DNA of 64,000 bases, from the NCBI GenBank assembly GCA_002189035.1, contig NEEC01000008.1:2418001-2482000 (forward strand). The letters are read 5' to 3'. The notes below the pieces were generated by a model that saw only the letters and a list, made by a program, of their open reading frames with translations, ran no database searches and had not been told where the DNA came from. The position numbers and the translations under genes are program-made. Numbering within the stretch: the first letter of the stretch is position 1; each line of letters opens with the position of its first letter. Source of the stretch: Utricularia gibba. Lineage: Eukaryota > Plantae > Magnoliophyta. This document shows, piece by piece, positions 1-14,858 of the stretch.

Positions 1-1
1 G

Positions 2-1596
2 TATCGTAGTTTTGCTGCACTTGGTGTAGCAGGGATCCAGGGGTTAGCTGTAGCTTCATTTGAGAAAGAAGACGCAGAAAGACTGTTGTTTTTCTACCCA
101 GTGGAAGAGAAGAATGGTGTTCAAAATAATCTGAAATTCACCACGCTTCCTTACTGGTTAAAACCACCTCCCCCCAGTGGAAAGGAGCCCCTGGTTTACC
201 AAGGAACTGGCTCCATTTCTGCAAATGGTATAGTCAAATTGGGAGATGATGAGAAAAGCAACGAAAAGATGGCTTCCCCATCAACAACTGCTCACCAAAA
301 AGTTAGAATAGCTGCTCTAAGACCCATTCCTCATGTGCGTCATTGGAAAATGCTTCCCTTTTCAGCTTCTTCAGAGACAGACATGTACGATGGAAGTCAA
401 GTGAAGGCAGTGCCCATTCTTCCTTCAAAACACGGTAGTGCTCTTGGGGCTTCTGCTGGCCATCGAAGATCTGCACCTAGTTCTTATCAAGCTAAGCAAG
501 GTGTGTCGTTAAATCACCTTCCTCTCAAGAAGCATGCTTGTGGGAGAAGCTCTTTACATGTGTGCTCTGAGGTAATCCTTATTCTTCTTTTCATTTGTAT
601 GGCTCGTGATTAAAGTTTCCACTCATTGCTATTTCTAATACTCAAGAGCTTTTTCCCCTTTGTCATCACACAAGGAGGAGTTTTTAAAGGATGTAATGCA
701 TTTTCTCATCCTTCGGGGACATAACCGGCTTATTCCACAAGGTGGGCGTGCAGAGTTTCCTGATGCTATACTCAATGCAACCAGACTTGATCTCTTTAAC
801 CTGTACCGGGAGGTAGGATGCAATATAACAAGCATGGAATATGACTTGGTCTTTGTTTGTGCCAGTCCAAGTTTAAAGTTGGTTTGATCATGGCCCAGGT
901 TGTGACTAGAGGTGGATTTCGTGTCGGCAATGGCATCAACTGGAAGGGACAGGTTTTCTCAAAGATGCGGAATCATACTGCAACCAACAGAATGACTGTA
1001 TGCCTTCAAATTTGGCTCGCACCTGTTTCTGTTTCATCTCTTCAACATGCATCTGGTTGGCTAAACCGCTTGCTCTTTCTGCTGTCGTCTAGGGTGTGGG
1101 AAACACCCTCAAAAGGCACTACGAAACGTATCTTCTCGAATATGAATTGGCTCACGATGATGTTGAAGGGGAATGCTGTTTGCTGTGCCGCAGGTAGCAA
1201 CTTCTACAGTCTCTCTTCCCCCTCCTCGCAACATTGTGCCTGTGTTTGCCTGTGAGCTGACAGGATGCTTACTCGATTCCCATGTCCTCAACGTGCTTCT
1301 TCTTCTTCTTATTCTTCTTCTTCAGTAGTGCATCCGGTGACTGGGTAAACTGTGGCTTGTGCGGAGAGTGGGCTCATTTCGGGTGCGATCAACGACCCGG
1401 CCTGGGCGCTTTCAAGGTAAGACAAATGGACTTCTATTGTTCCTTTTTTTCGCAGCACGGGATGTATGAATCCTTCCCGTCGATGGCGGTGCAGGACTAC
1501 GCGAAGAAGGATGGATTGGAGTACATATGCCCACAGTGCAGCATCACGACGTACAAGAAGAAGATGCAGAAAACTGGGCGCAACGGATACCCGTGA
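2..1596 (+). CDS. ARID4: AT-rich interactive domain protein 4-like (ARID plus C-terminal PHD-like finger), 3' part; starts before the window
   Basis: Frame open from nt 2 (YRSFAALGVAGIQGLAVASFEKEDAERLLFF). GT-AG spliced exons give FLKDVMHFLILRGH..LDLFNLYREVVTRGGF..WKGQVFSKMRNHT..LKRHYETYLLEYELAHDD, then CCLLC..WVNCGLCGEWAHFGCD..YICPQC, with TGA at 1594-1596. Confidence 0.9.
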
Positions 1597-2754
1597 GCGT
1601 GAATGGAGGAACAGATAGGAGAAAAAAAAGACCCAGAAACTGGGGCGAGGCCCGTCCCCGTTGACAGCGGACAGCGACGGCGCGAGGCTGCCGCCGTCAG
1701 CCATCGGAAGCTCCCCTACTTGCCAAGGTTGTCGGATTCTTGCAGGGTGAGCTCGTTCCCGCCACACGCATGGTTCACGTATTGATTGTACTAGAAGCTT
1801 CCAGACTCATGAGCCCATCAACATGCCAACCCCCAACATAGTTTCATTTTCAATCTAGGGTTTAAATTTCAGAGTTTTGTTTTAAAATTGTATTCACTAC
1901 ATTTTTTTTATTTTTCTCATAGTTTTGTTGAAATTTATTTATTATGTCCATATTTGTTTTTGAATTATTTATTTAAGTATATTTATCAAGAATTAGTGTC
2001 AAATAAAGGAATCATAAATTTCCCCAGAAGAAAATTAAATGAATAAACGCTATTTCAATTGGATGATTTGATCATGTTATTACTGAATTTTAATTGCACA
2101 TAAATGCATGGAAGAATTTTGGTCTTTCTATTAATCTGGGTCCCTTGCTGCCATTTAAAGATGTCGATTTAATTTTTTCAGGAAATTACAAATAAATCTT
2201 ATTTAGAATATTTCTTTTCAAAAGAATAAAAATAAAATAAAGAGGATAATAATGATGCCCCTGGGGGTGCAGAATAAAATACAATAAAAAACAAAAAATA
2301 AGAAATGCTGGGGGCATGCACAGCAGCCAGCACATGTGTACCATCCTCTTGCGGGTATTTGATATGCATCAGGGAAGTGGCCTCCAGCTCATTTAATGCA
2401 CGTGGCGTTTATTGTAAAAATAAATTAAAAATCATAATTAAATCAAAAAAATGAATTTTAGTGGACGAAGGGATAGGTTCGTTCTGATTGGGCGCAACTG
2501 ACGATTATTTTGATATTATCATCTTTGACGCCTGCTTACGTACCGACAAAATATCTGGGGTACCACAAGGGTAGTTTGGTAAACGGGACAGGGGGATGAA
2601 GGGTATGATTGTCAATGAGTAGTGGTAGCCCGCCTACCTGTCAACTCCGGCTCTCCTTGATTCACTGCATCTGGTCGGGCGTATCAGTTTCATTGATCCT
2701 CTCTCCCTTACAAATTGCGGTGGCTCGAGCAAGTTTTCGGAAGAGGAAGAAAAG

Positions 2755-4089
2755 ATGTGTGGAGGAGCGATAATATCGGATGTCTTGCCTCCGCTGAGCC
2801 GAACCTCGCGGCGGCTCACGGCGGCGTTGCTCTGGGGTTCGGATTCCGGCGAGCTCGCCGGGAAGGGGAATCGAGGGGTTATCACTCGAAGCCTTTGAGA
2901 TCGCCTCCTCTTGTCAGCTTGGACGATGATTTCGAGGCTGATTTCCAGGATTTTAAAGATCATTCTGACGTTGACGACGAGTTCGACGCCAAAGGCTCGT
3001 TTGAATTTGCTGCTTCTGCGTTTAAAGGTGATTGTCTTGCCAGTAGGTGCTGTATCTGCTTTTTTTTTTTTTTTCTGGAGAGTTGTTTCCAGTAGTTGTT
3101 TTAGAATCTCGTGAAAATGGTAACTGCTGTTCTTCAGTCTTGGCAGTTTATGCTTCGATTTAGAAGTCTATGATTTTTAGTCGATGAGGCTCATGTAAAA
3201 TGTATGATTTTCGATCTTCATCTTTCCATGATTAGGAGGGTTGAGATCTCTCGATTCTTGTGAGTCTGATGAGGAGTGTGAGAAGCCTTCGAAACGGAAG
3301 AGGAAGAATCAGTATCGAGGGATCAGGCAGCGGCCGTGGGGTAAATGGGCAGCTGAGATCCGTGATCCTAAGAAGGGTGTTCGTGTTTGGCTTGGTACTT
3401 TTAATACTGCCGAGGAAGCTGCCAAGGCTTATGATGAAGAGGCTAGAAGAATCAGAGGTAAGAAAGCAAAGGTGAATTTCCCTCAAGATGCCCCTCATAC
3501 TGGTGCGAGACGTGATCTCAAGTCAAATTCACAAAAAGCGATCTCCCAGGAGAACAGGGACTTTGATCACCCCCCTGCAAATGAAATGGAATATATGAAG
3601 ATGCTCAACAATGGCTACTACGACTCTTTGACGTTCTTTGATGAGAAACCAGAAATTAAGCCAAAATGCTTGAATGGCGTTTATGCCCCCACGACGAATG
3701 TGGAGCCAATAGCTCATACGCTATCTGATGATTACTTCAGCCCTGATCAGGGTAGTAATTCATTCTACTGCTCAGACTTGGGGTGGAGTGAAACTGAGAT
3801 CTGTGCCACCGTGCCAGAGATTTCAGCTGTGAACTCTGCCGACATTGAGGTGGGTCAAGCTCAATTTCTAAGCAATGGTAGCCCACAGAATTCATTGCCC
3901 CGCATTGAGAGTTCAGATGCTACAGCGTTTGACTCCCAAATGAAGATGTATCAGGTGTCATACCTTGATAACAACTGGGTCTCTACGATTGATGCTCTCC
4001 TTGATGGGGATGCTACTCAAAATACTGGGCATTCCATGGACCTGTGGTCATTCGATGATGTTCTAGATATTGCTGGTTGTGCCTTCTGA
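2755..4089 (+). CDS. RAP2.12-like: Group VII ERF transcription factor (RAP2.2/RAP2.12-like), 2 exons, with an apparent 1-nt deletion in exon 1
   Basis: ATG at 2755 gives the [10 protein letters not shown]-degron, followed by the [11 protein letters not shown] motif. Intron about 3028-3238. AP2 domain [37 protein letters not shown] and C-terminal MDLWSFDD. Adding one G to GGGG at 2875-2878 joins the two frames of exon 1. Confidence 0.93.
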
Positions 4090-5387
4090 AACTGCCTCTT
4101 CCTCTTGACGCCATTTGGAGAATGCATGTAAGTGCTTTTATTTAAAATATGTTTGTGGTATTCAGCTAGAACGTCTTTAATGAATTTTCACGGTTCTTTC
4201 TTCAGGCATGTGTGCTTCTTACGCACAAGCATGCAGAGAAGATGACTGAGCCCGTTGAAGCCATGGACAATCATGTAATAAAATTTCTATGTTGAAGGAT
4301 ATATGCGATGTTTATGGTTACTATTTGCTGTTAGACTTTGGAGTGATGCTTGTCTTTGAACGAATTCGTGTAAGACTTTTCGTGAACAAGCGTGTGTCTA
4401 CCAACAATGCACGGTTCTGCCATCTCATGTTTTGTTACGAACTAGTTTCACCTACTTACCTATCTAGTTCCATGCGTTGATCATTGGAAGAGATGTCCTG
4501 CAGGAGGATGTATATGTCTCTGTGGGTGGTAGTTGAAGCAACAGTGGGGGCCGAGCTTGAACTTTGTTTGGTTGGCATACGGGTTTTGACACATGAACAG
4601 TTAGCAGGTGAAACAGGATCCAGAAGCAGATTTGTAATGCACTGTCGTAACAGCAGCTTGCAACAGGTTCAGGATAAGATTCAGTTCTTTGTATAAACTA
4701 GATGAGGAGCATTGTATTCAAGATCAGTCTACAAATAAAGAGGACATTCTGTTGCTGCTGTTTTGCAGAGAATGTGGAAGGCACGGAGTTTAGTCCTGAT
4801 TGATTCCAAAGAACAAGTATTCATAGTATGCTCCTACACTGCCTTGTTCCATTCACCGAATGTCGTTACTGGTACATGATTCATCTCCAAGGTAATGAAC
4901 TCTCTCGGCATCTGGAGCAAGGACGTTTGTGCCAAACATATTGGACAAAATCATGAAACCCTGTGCAGCTGCGAGCATCAGAGGCTTTATTGCCCACAAC
5001 TGTACGATGCTGCAGCTTACACATGCTGTCCATATGCAATACGATGCAATGGGTGCAGCCCATCACTTGATGTAAACTTCATAACCGTTTCTTGTAATGT
5101 TAATTTATTAAATTGAATACGCCCATGCAGAAGGATTAGGCAATCATTAGAAGAGGAGCAGGAGGAAGAGTTTTGAAATCAAATGATTACCATATGTTGT
5201 CTGTAACCATCTTATGAGTCCACCAAGAAAATGGTGATACAAAACCAATGCCTCGCCTCTCTCTTCTTTCACTTCCCTGCATCGAGGTCTCCCTCAACAA
5301 GTGCGCACACAGACGATATACATACAACACAATACAATAACCTCAACAGAATCCAGGAGGGTGCTTCCCGTTCACAGTCCTCGACCA

Positions 5388-8300
5388 TCATCGGGGCTTC
5401 CACTCGCTTCCTTTTCCCATGAAGGACGACAGGGAGAAGAATGACCTCGGAGCTGCACAAACAAATAACCAATGAAAATTTTAAACTGCGGAGGTGTTTG
5501 TCCTCTGGTCGGAGAAAAGGTATCCACCAAGCTCTACTGAAAAACACTAGCACTTCCAAATATGTTTGCTAGTGACCAGCAAAACAATAAAGGAAGCAGC
5601 GGCAAAGTCTGCCTACATTGCATTAGTGTGTGTACCTTTCATAGCGCTTCCAGATGCATGATCCTCTTTCAGTTTGAAGAGGGATGGGGATTCTGGGATG
5701 GAAGAGTGTACTGTGGAAGAGAAACAGATCAAAACATCACTAAAAGTTGCCAGGCACACGATAGATAGATGCATTTATGATCTATGGAATACCAGAGTCG
5801 TTGAAAAAGTCACTCTCATTGTAATTGTCTTCAGAAGATGGGTGAGCTTGAGGAAATCCCATTCTCGACTTCCTGCTGAGATCATCTGAAGACCGGTTGG
5901 CTGGATCTCGCCCATCCTCCATATCATCATCACCTTCACTGGTGGTGGCGGATATCCAGTCAACAAAATTCTCCAACCCACGACTCTTCCTTCCGAATTT
6001 CAGTAATCTTTTAAACCCCTTGGTCACATCCTTGCGAGATGAGTTACTTGGGTAATGGGAAGCCAGAACAGGTTTCTGGGCTACTCCCATTTCTTTCTCA
6101 TATGAGAGGCATCAGTGTTCAAAGAATTCGAATTCCAGGAAGCAGGACTTCCAACAGGGGAATCTGCTGAGGCATCAACATCCGACATCTCATGCTGATA
6201 CGGAAAGAGATTTCGGCTTGGAGAGTTCCATGATATAGGGCATTCCCCAGGCCACTCTGGCACAGAATCACTGGCCAAGAACCTCAAAGAGATTTCATTA
6301 GGATACCTTGGATCAATGTGAGAATAGGAGGAAATATCACCATCAACAATTTTGGAGCTGAAACTCTGGTAATCATCTGAAGCAACCATCAGCATCTCCC
6401 CGTCTCCTATAGTATTACTCACCTCAGTTCGGGGGGTCTCAAAATTATGGCCACCAGAAACACTGCTCTTGAGTTCCAAAGTGTCGGGGCATGGTCATCA
6501 TTTTCTTCTACGGGGTTCAAAGGCTCAGTACCTGTAGAGACCTTTGATCTGGTTGCATCTGATTGTGAAACAAACCTTGCACGACTACCCTTTTTGAGGA
6601 AAGGTTTCATCCCCATACTTTTCTGAATTTCTTCATCAAACTTTATAGGCGCCAATAAAGCACCTTCAGAGTCAACAGAAGACTCCGAAAACCCATTCCC
6701 TGATTTCTTTAGTGAATGTAATCTCCGTGGTTTCTCCTCTTTGTCTGTAATTGTTTCTTCACCTGTAACTTTGCTACGAGGCTGGTTCCTTAGCTGTGAA
6801 CGATTTGTTTTGTTGCTTCCAGAAGATGGCTTAGTGCTTTCCTTACGGAGCTCAGAGAAGTTAGGGACAGATAATGCAACCGGATTCTCAACCTGCATCC
6901 TCCGTTTTCCCAAATTGGCAGATGCCTTGGAAGCAGATTTTAGAGCCGCTGCACTGCGAGGAGTAGAAGATGGCAAATTTCTTAGCTTACTACCCTGCAT
7001 TCTACCACTTCCACTGGAAAATAAGACATCATCTTGAGCCCTCTCTTCGTCATCACATTCACTATCTTCAAATTTTAACACCTGCTGTCATGATGTATAT
7101 AAAATTTGTTATTAAATCCACATACATGTAGATAGATACTTGACAGACAATGAAACACACCTGTTCCCTTTTTGTGTGTCCACTGCTATTAAAGGACCGG
7201 ACTCTCTCTGCACGCTGGCGAGTACTGCTCAGGGAATCCTGTCCAGAAGCAGCAGATTGGCCTAGTTTAGCCTTCATTTCTGAACTATTTCTCTCAAAAC
7301 TATCCTGCAGATTCTTCATCCTTGCTTCTTTCTGTGTTTTGTTGGAACTCCACCCTTCTCTCAACTTAGCGTCCCTTTTCTGTACATACTGATCATAAAG
7401 CTTCCCGCGGGAACCCTCAGAGACACTAAGATCGGAGAAATTCTTGTACAGAGAGTCAAAAGAGCTCTGATTGTCACTTTCATCAACGGTGGGCGTAGTG
7501 TTGAACTTGGAGTGTTCCCTTGAACTCCCAGTACGTGCATTTGACTTGGAATAACCAGATATTGAAGGAGTTGTATCCGCTGCTGTTTTTGAGTTGGGTA
7601 AGCAGGTTTCTGGCTCAACAGATAGAGCGTCTAACTTGCATGTATTTTCAACCTTGGATTGATCCCCAGCTACGCGTAACTTATGCTCAGCAAAGAGCTT
7701 TTCAAGTTCATTTGCTTTAATCCTCAATTCATCGTTGACATCATGATTTCTCCTGAACATCCTTGCACTTTCAGGCTGATCTGGACACGGAGAGGAAAAA
7801 TTAATGTAATTAGGCGGATCTGAAGTACTTCTAAGAGAAGGTGGTGCATTATGTCCACTGAAAAAGCCTTTATCTCGCCTGTTATTTGCCTTAATTCCAA
7901 GCATAGCTGATGATTCTTCCTTACGACGTTCCAAATTTTGAGGTCCTGAATCTTCAATTCCCAGCGCAGAAGCATAGGGCAACATCTCGGGGGTATTCAA
8001 CTCTTTCTCAGCCGTGCTCTCAACAGACCTTGCTCCTTGCTGCGCCGGCAAAACACTAGCTTCACTACTAGCTGTATCATAGCGAGCAGCAAAAGGCTCC
8101 TGGATCCTTGAAACAGGAATACTGCCCTCCAATATCCCAGACCCAGCCACCCTTCTCTGAGTGGGTTTCAAATTCACTTGCAACGCAGCAGAATCTCTGG
8201 ATTCAGTGTCTTCTTTCTGAGTTAAGGTATCAATCTTTAGACCACCTTTGCTTCCACTTTTCCTAGTTTGTTCCAGTGAAGAGCTCTGTTGCTTCAATTC

Positions 8301-10313
8301 AACCATCTTTGATTGGGGCTTACCAAGGTCAAAGCCAGTCCCCTTCCCTTGAACACCAACAAAATCATCACTCTCATTTTTACCGTTGAAAGAAGCTTTT
8401 GAATAATCCAAATTTTTTATATTTTCAGTGTTTCCAGCGGGGAAAATTGACTGAGCCTTGCTATAATCCTTTAGCGCATCACCTAACAGGGCCTTCCTAG
8501 GCACTTGATGCTTCAAACCATCGGTTTCAAAAGGAAATAGATGAGAACTAGTCTGGCTAGACTCAAAGGACATTTGAGACGCATTAGAAGAATTGCCCTC
8601 CAATCCGCTATTACTGAGCTTCCCCAAACCAGCCAGATCCTTGACCTCCGATTTGAGTACCGAGGAACTCTCTGATGGTTTGTAATTCTGATGCACGGTC
8701 CTTATCTCCTGAGAGGCAGTCAAAGAGGATGGAGTGCATAATGGACTTTCAGCATCCTTCTTCTCAGCACTCAAATCAATGCTCATATCACTTGCTCCGC
8801 TCCAACGCCTTAGGACTGCTTTATCTGGAGCCACGCCGACAGTTGAAACATCAGAAGACATTCTGCGCAACTCCACAGACTTCGTAGTAACGGGTTTCCC
8901 CCAGAATTCTCCTTCTGTTTACTTTCGAACATATTTATTCTGTCTTGAACACTCAGTCGTCTTGTTGGCTGAGAGCTTTGAATGGACTCGCTCTTATCAG
9001 AAGTTTTACTCTCATCTTTCTTAACATCTGCTTCTTCCTCAGTTTCAGTGGCTTGCTTAACTCCTCCATTTCTTTCATCACTGAAGTCTCTACTGATCGT
9101 ACGATGGAATGCGAGGGTTGTGGGGTTGGATAGCTGGGGCGGTGGAGATGGTGGATCGGAATCTATGGACATATCAGACCCATATGAAGAGCGAACTGCC
9201 CGATCCTCTGAACCACATGTTCGCCAGTTACTGATGAGGTTGGGCCGCTTCTCGCACAAAGACAGAAACTTGCCACAGGCATCGCTGAGTTCATGTAACA
9301 GAATGCATATAAGAGAAATGAGAAACATAAAAATTCAGTCTTTTTTTATAACAGGAGCCAACAGAAAATCTTACTTGAGGCGATGAGCACCAAACTTCTC
9401 AGCGAACATTTGTAGTTCAGAAACATTCTCAACGTTAAAACCTGCAGCAGCAGCACGTGCACAAGATGAAGAAAGATCCTGCTGCACTGCCTCAAGCCTC
9501 ACATCGATTGCTCTGAGCAGCTCCTTCCTGCACATGGATCGCATCTTTAAGAACTGAATAGCCAAAAGAGTACTACAACCGATCGATTATGGCATTGAAA
9601 GGGAAAAAGAATGCAGATTGTCAACAACTGATGCAAGAAGCTGAGTAAATCAAGTGCAAGAAAAACAAGAGCAGATGAATACTTGGTAGCGTCATCTGCA
9701 GCTGTCGACCCAGACAACTGATTTCCTGCTCCCTGAAATAAGTGGAGGCATAGAAGGAGAACACTTCAGCCTTTCACAATTCCACCAACCAAGAATCATG
9801 CAATTAAACTACAAAGTAAATGAACCTGTGCATATATCCTTCTGGCAGCCTCCAGCTGTGACATCTCAGCATCATGAGTATTGACAGCTTCTAGGATTTC
9901 AGGTGTGCTGACAAATCTAACAAACCTGTAGAAGGAATATTCAAATGATTTTAGGTGGATGCATTGATTGAATTGCCCAGATAAGTTGCTAAGGACGAAC
10001 CTCTCAAGCGTTCCCTTGGTGAACCACTCTTCACTGTTTCTACATCGTCCTACTTCAAGCTTAAATGACCGCGCAGCACTGGAAAATTGTTCCTCTACGC
10101 CCTTTAAATGCGCAGCAAAAGGTTTCAGCAATCCAGAAGCTATCTTCTCAGTGTTACCACCGGTAGAGATGAATAAATCACATCTGAAAAAGAAAAAAAA
10201 CCGCAATGAATGCTCAAGTCAAACAATATAAAGCTTAAAAACAAAATAATTCACCTGGAGCGGTTTGGCGAAAGCTGAAACACGGCGTAATCCAGAGGTG
10301 CTCCCGTCTTCAT
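5388..10313 (-). CDS. COP1-interacting protein-related (CIP7 / At3g14172-like), multi-exon, with three apparent 1-nt deletions
   Basis: ATG at 10313 gives [20 protein letters not shown], then [94 protein letters not shown], ending [20 protein letters not shown]. Frames are restored by +1 at 8898-8902, 6486-6489 and 6086-6088. Confidence 0.85.
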
Positions 10314-12442
10314 CTTTCTCCAACCTCCTCAAAAAGTCAAGTGGCTGGATTGCGGTTGCTTACAAAACTTCTCGCATTCCAAATGTGGAAGCTGAACCCA
10401 CACCACATACGAGTTATAAATTCAAACTAAAGTACAGCTCCCATCACGAATATGACAAACTAGTTGCGAGATCCAAATTCAAAATCGCATCTCCGGCAAT
10501 GCAGCTCCACCGAATGCTTTTCTGCAACGCAAATCTACGAATTCCGCACAAGCCGTACTGCCAATAACAAACACGGTAAGAAAAAAGACAGCAAGGAAAT
10601 CAAGTATTGCCTGAGATCTGATTACCCCAAACACCATATCGAATTCAGGTAAGCATTACAAAGCGCTGTATCAGCTAGAACTATCCAGAATAGGACCCAA
10701 ATAACGACAATCCACATGAATCTGGAACAGCATTACCACAATGTGAACCCCAAATCTTGAGTACCACAAACCGATCGTCCGATTCAACTCAAACTACAGA
10801 AGATTTCGGAAAAGCTGCTTCGCGACAACACCCAGACGAAGAGGCCCCCCATTTTCTCTCTAAACTTGCCCCTCGCAAACCCAAAACTGTTACAATTCTT
10901 TGCTCTGCTTCTGGAGACTTAAAAGGACACAGGGAAGAAAGTCATCGTAGGAGGAAATTTGCAATTGCTCGATAGTCGACACTCGACACTTGAATTCCTT
11001 GATTCCTCTTATCAAAAAATAAAAATAAAAATAAAAGAATATTTGATTCCCTTCAATTAATAAAAAAAAGTCAGGTACTAAATGATATGTGGTGTACTGT
11101 ACAATTGGCCCATTAAATAATTACCATTTCATGTTCACGCTCCTACTTGAAATTTCGATCGTATAATGAAATTTTGGTACTCTAAATATGATCTTATGTT
11201 AATTTTCAGTGAAATGATAAAGTGGTCAGGATGATCAAGACATTGCGATTCAAGACTTCCATCTTGACCTAAAGATAATTTCCGATTTAAATAACGTCCA
11301 TTATGATAAAATGACATTAAATTTTGAAATTCGGATACGAGGGACGTCCTTTGTGCAGAACAAATTTTGGTTGGGAGAACATAAGTAATGCAGTGAACCA
11401 AAAAGCTAAAACCAATTATGACAAAGTATATCAAGAATCGAGATAATGAGTTTAAATTATCAAAAAATTAACATATTCGTTAGAAAAAAAATATTTTAAA
11501 AATAATAAATATTTATAAATTTATATTCTTTGCAATAGAGCTAGCATTACTGTACTAGGTTTTGGAAATTATTCCAAATCAAATTAAAAAAAATAATTTT
11601 TAATCAATAGAATTATGTATTCATGTAACACATTTTATTTTTATTTCCATAAAATACTTTTGATTTTATATTGAATGTAAATTAAAAATAAAAATGGATC
11701 ACTCTTTAATTTTAAAATATATTTTCCTTATATAAATTTAATTTCAACAATAATTTTGAAGAACATTCATAATTTTATTTCTATACTTATAAAAATATTA
11801 AAAATAAGTTGATCAATGTTAAAGAATTATATTGTCTAGGAATGACAATAATAAAGTGTTCTTCATTTCATAATATATATTATAATCAAGTTGAATATAT
11901 ACCTTATTTTAAATTCAAATCATTAAGGTAAACATGTATATAATTATTTAACAAGTAATGTCAATAAAAATTTAATAAATGAAATTGAAGAGATAAAAAG
12001 CAAAATATAATATAGAAATAATATATTATTTTATATATTTATTTGACATAAGTGTGAAAAGCATAATTTTGATAAGACAATTTCTCTTTGTTTTTAGGTG
12101 TCATTTATAAAACTTACCATTGTCACATTATCTCACACATACACAATCAAAAAATTTTAATTAAAGATAATTAGTTTTATTTTACATTAAAAATAGATGA
12201 CCAAATTTATAATACATCTCGTTTTAGAGTAAATTTAATTATACTTAAAATGTAAATGCTATTTTTTAAAAATAAAATTTGGCTTGATTGTTGATGTACG
12301 TTACTCTGCGGATGGATTGAATCGGTGGACCACAAGAACGGGAAGTTTTTTTTCCTTTTTTTTTTAATGCAGTTGATTACTACTACACGCCACTCCTGGC
12401 CAGTGAGTGATTATTATGCTTAGGGAGGAGCCAATGGACGAC

Positions 12443-12451
12443 GACCACGTG
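12443..12451 (+). promoter_or_regulatory. G-box/ABRE (CCACGTGTC) about 90 nt upstream of the subtilase ATG, near a CCAAT
   Basis: Exact motif in the proximal promoter position; function inferred only. Confidence 0.4.
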
Positions 12452-12540
12452 TCCCAAGGAGGGCCTCCAGTGAGTGTGTCTCATCCCCAACTTGATTTAA
12501 CACGGCCTCCGGTGCTCTACTCCATACACCTGCGAAGAAG

Positions 12541-14858
12541 ATGGAGAGGCCTCGTACTACTACCGTCGCCGTCGTCCTTTTATCTCTGCTTTTGGGTCTC
12601 TTCTCCCACGGCGGCTTCGCGGCCGACCGCCGGACTTTCATAGTTCACGTCTCTAAGTCCTCTATGCCCCGCGCCTTCTCATCGCATCGCCACTGGTACT
12701 CTAACATCGTCTCCTCTCTGCCGCATCCGGCGCCGGAGATCCTATACACCTACGACCGCGCCGCCCAAGGGTTCTCGGTCCATCTCTCGCCTTCTCAGGT
12801 GGATGCCCTCCGCCGTGTCCCTGGCGTGGTCTCCTTGGTGCCTGACCAGGTCAACTATCTTCACACCACGCACACGCCCAAGTTCCTTGGACTTGCGGAT
12901 ACCTTCGGGTTGTGGCCTAATTCGGACTATGCCGATGACGTCATCGTCGGAGTGCTTGACACCGGGATCTGGCCGGAGGGACCGAGCTTTTCCGATGAAG
13001 GTCTGCCTCCGGTGCCCGATCGATGGAGGGAGGGTGTGTGGATGCAACAGATTTCCCCGCGACTTTGTGTAACAGGAAGATTATCGGCACAAAAGCTTAT
13101 TATCTAGGGTATGAAGCTGCGAGGGGAAATTCATTGGAGGACGAGAATAAATCCAGATCTCCGAGAGACACGGAAGGCCATGGAACGCATACGGCGTCGA
13201 CGGCGGCGGGATCTAGGGTTGCGAATGCAAGTCTGTTTGGGTATGCGCAGGGAGAAGCTCGTGGTATGGCGGTCAAGGCCAGGATTGCGGCTTACAAGAT
13301 CTGCTGGGCTTTCGGCTGTTACGATTCCGATATCTTGGCGGCATTTGAACAAGCAATTGAAGATGGAGTCGATGTGATCTCGCTTTCTGTCGGTACAAGT
13401 GGTTACGCGCCGGCGTACTACACAGATTCAATCGCGATTGGAGCATACAAGGCCGTGGAACAAGGAATTGTGGTATCTTGTTCCGCTGGAAACTCAGGTC
13501 CCGATCCCTACACCGCGGTAAACATCGCCCCCTGGATCTTGACCGTAGGTGCTTCCACTCTGGATCGCGAATTTCCGGCAGATGTGGTACTCGGTGACGG
13601 AAGAGTATTTGGTGGCGTGTCGCTGTATTCCGGTGAGCCACTTGGAGATAAACTATATCCTCTGGTATACGCAGGAGATGCCGGAAGCAGATATTGCTAT
13701 TCCGGAAGTCTTATCCCATCAAAAGTGGCTGGAAAAATTGTAATCTGTGATCGCGGAGGTAACGCCAGAGTAGAGAAAGGAAATTCTGTTCACGTTGCCG
13801 GCGGCGCTGGCTTGATATTGGCTAACTTAGCAGATTCAGGCGAAGAACTCCTGGCCGACGCACACTTCATCCCGGCCACTATGGTGGGGCAAACTGCTGG
13901 AGATCAAATTCGGAGTTATGCCAAATCAGCTGCAAAACCCACTGCGAGAATAGCGTTTAGAGGAACGGTGATAAGCACATCTCCGCCCGCTCCCCGCGTG
14001 GCCTCCTTCTCCAGCCGTGGCCCCAATTACCGGACGGCGGAGATTCTTAAACCTGACGTGATTGCTCCGGGAGTCAACATTCTCGCCGGTTGGACTGGTT
14101 ACGTTGGCCCAACAGATCTCGATTCAGATACAAGAAGAGTGGATTTCAACATTATCTCCGGCACATCAATGTCGTGCCCTCACGTCAGCGGCTTAGCGGC
14201 TCTACTGAAAAAAGCTCATCCCACTTGGTCGCCTGCGGCGATCAAGTCTTCTCTTGTGACATCTACTCACAATCTCGACGACACCGGCGCAGCGATATCT
14301 GACCTTGCCTCCGGCAAGACGTCCAACCCGTTCGTCCACGGGGCAGGCCATGTGAGTCCGAACCGCGCTCTGGATCCAGGACTCGTATATGATATCGAAA
14401 CCGGCGATTACATCGACTTCTTGTGCAGCATCGGATACGATTCGAGAAAAATTGCAGTTTTCTCCGGTTCGCTTTCCGGCTGCCAAGACTCGGGGATAAA
14501 AACTCCGGGTGATCTGAACTACCCTTCCTTCTCAGTGGTGTTCAACGACGCCGCCGGAGAGGTGAAGTACCAAAGAAAGGTGAAAAACGTGGGATCAGAA
14601 ACCGACGCCGTCTACACGGTGGAGGTGATCCCTCCAGCAGGGGTGGAAGTGAGCATATCGCCAGAGAAACTGACATTCTCCCAGGCTGTGACTGAACTGT
14701 CTTACACAGTAACGTTCAAGAGCAGCGGTGGGTGGTCGGATATTCTCGTCGGGAGTTCGAACTCTGCGTTTGGGTCAATTGTGTGGAGTGACGGCTTACA
14801 CCGCGTGAGGAGCCCCGTGGCGGTCTTGTGGCGCCTTTCTGCGGCGGCGGATATTTGA
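12541..14858 (+). CDS. SBT1.4-like: Subtilisin-like serine protease (SBT1.4/SASP-like), intronless, with an apparent 1-nt deletion
   Basis: Signal peptide, I9 prodomain and LHTTHTP processing site. Catalytic motifs GVLDTG, HGTHTAST and SGTSMSCPH, plus PA and Fn-III-like domains. ORFs 12541-13107 and 13023-14858 join as RWRGGCVD with +1 G at 13028-13030. Confidence 0.95.

Noticed and set aside
4289-5230. Short Cys-rich ORFs between the ERF and CIP-like genes
   Set aside because: No recognisable domain, signal peptide or consistent splice structure; compatible with 3' UTR or intergenic sequence.
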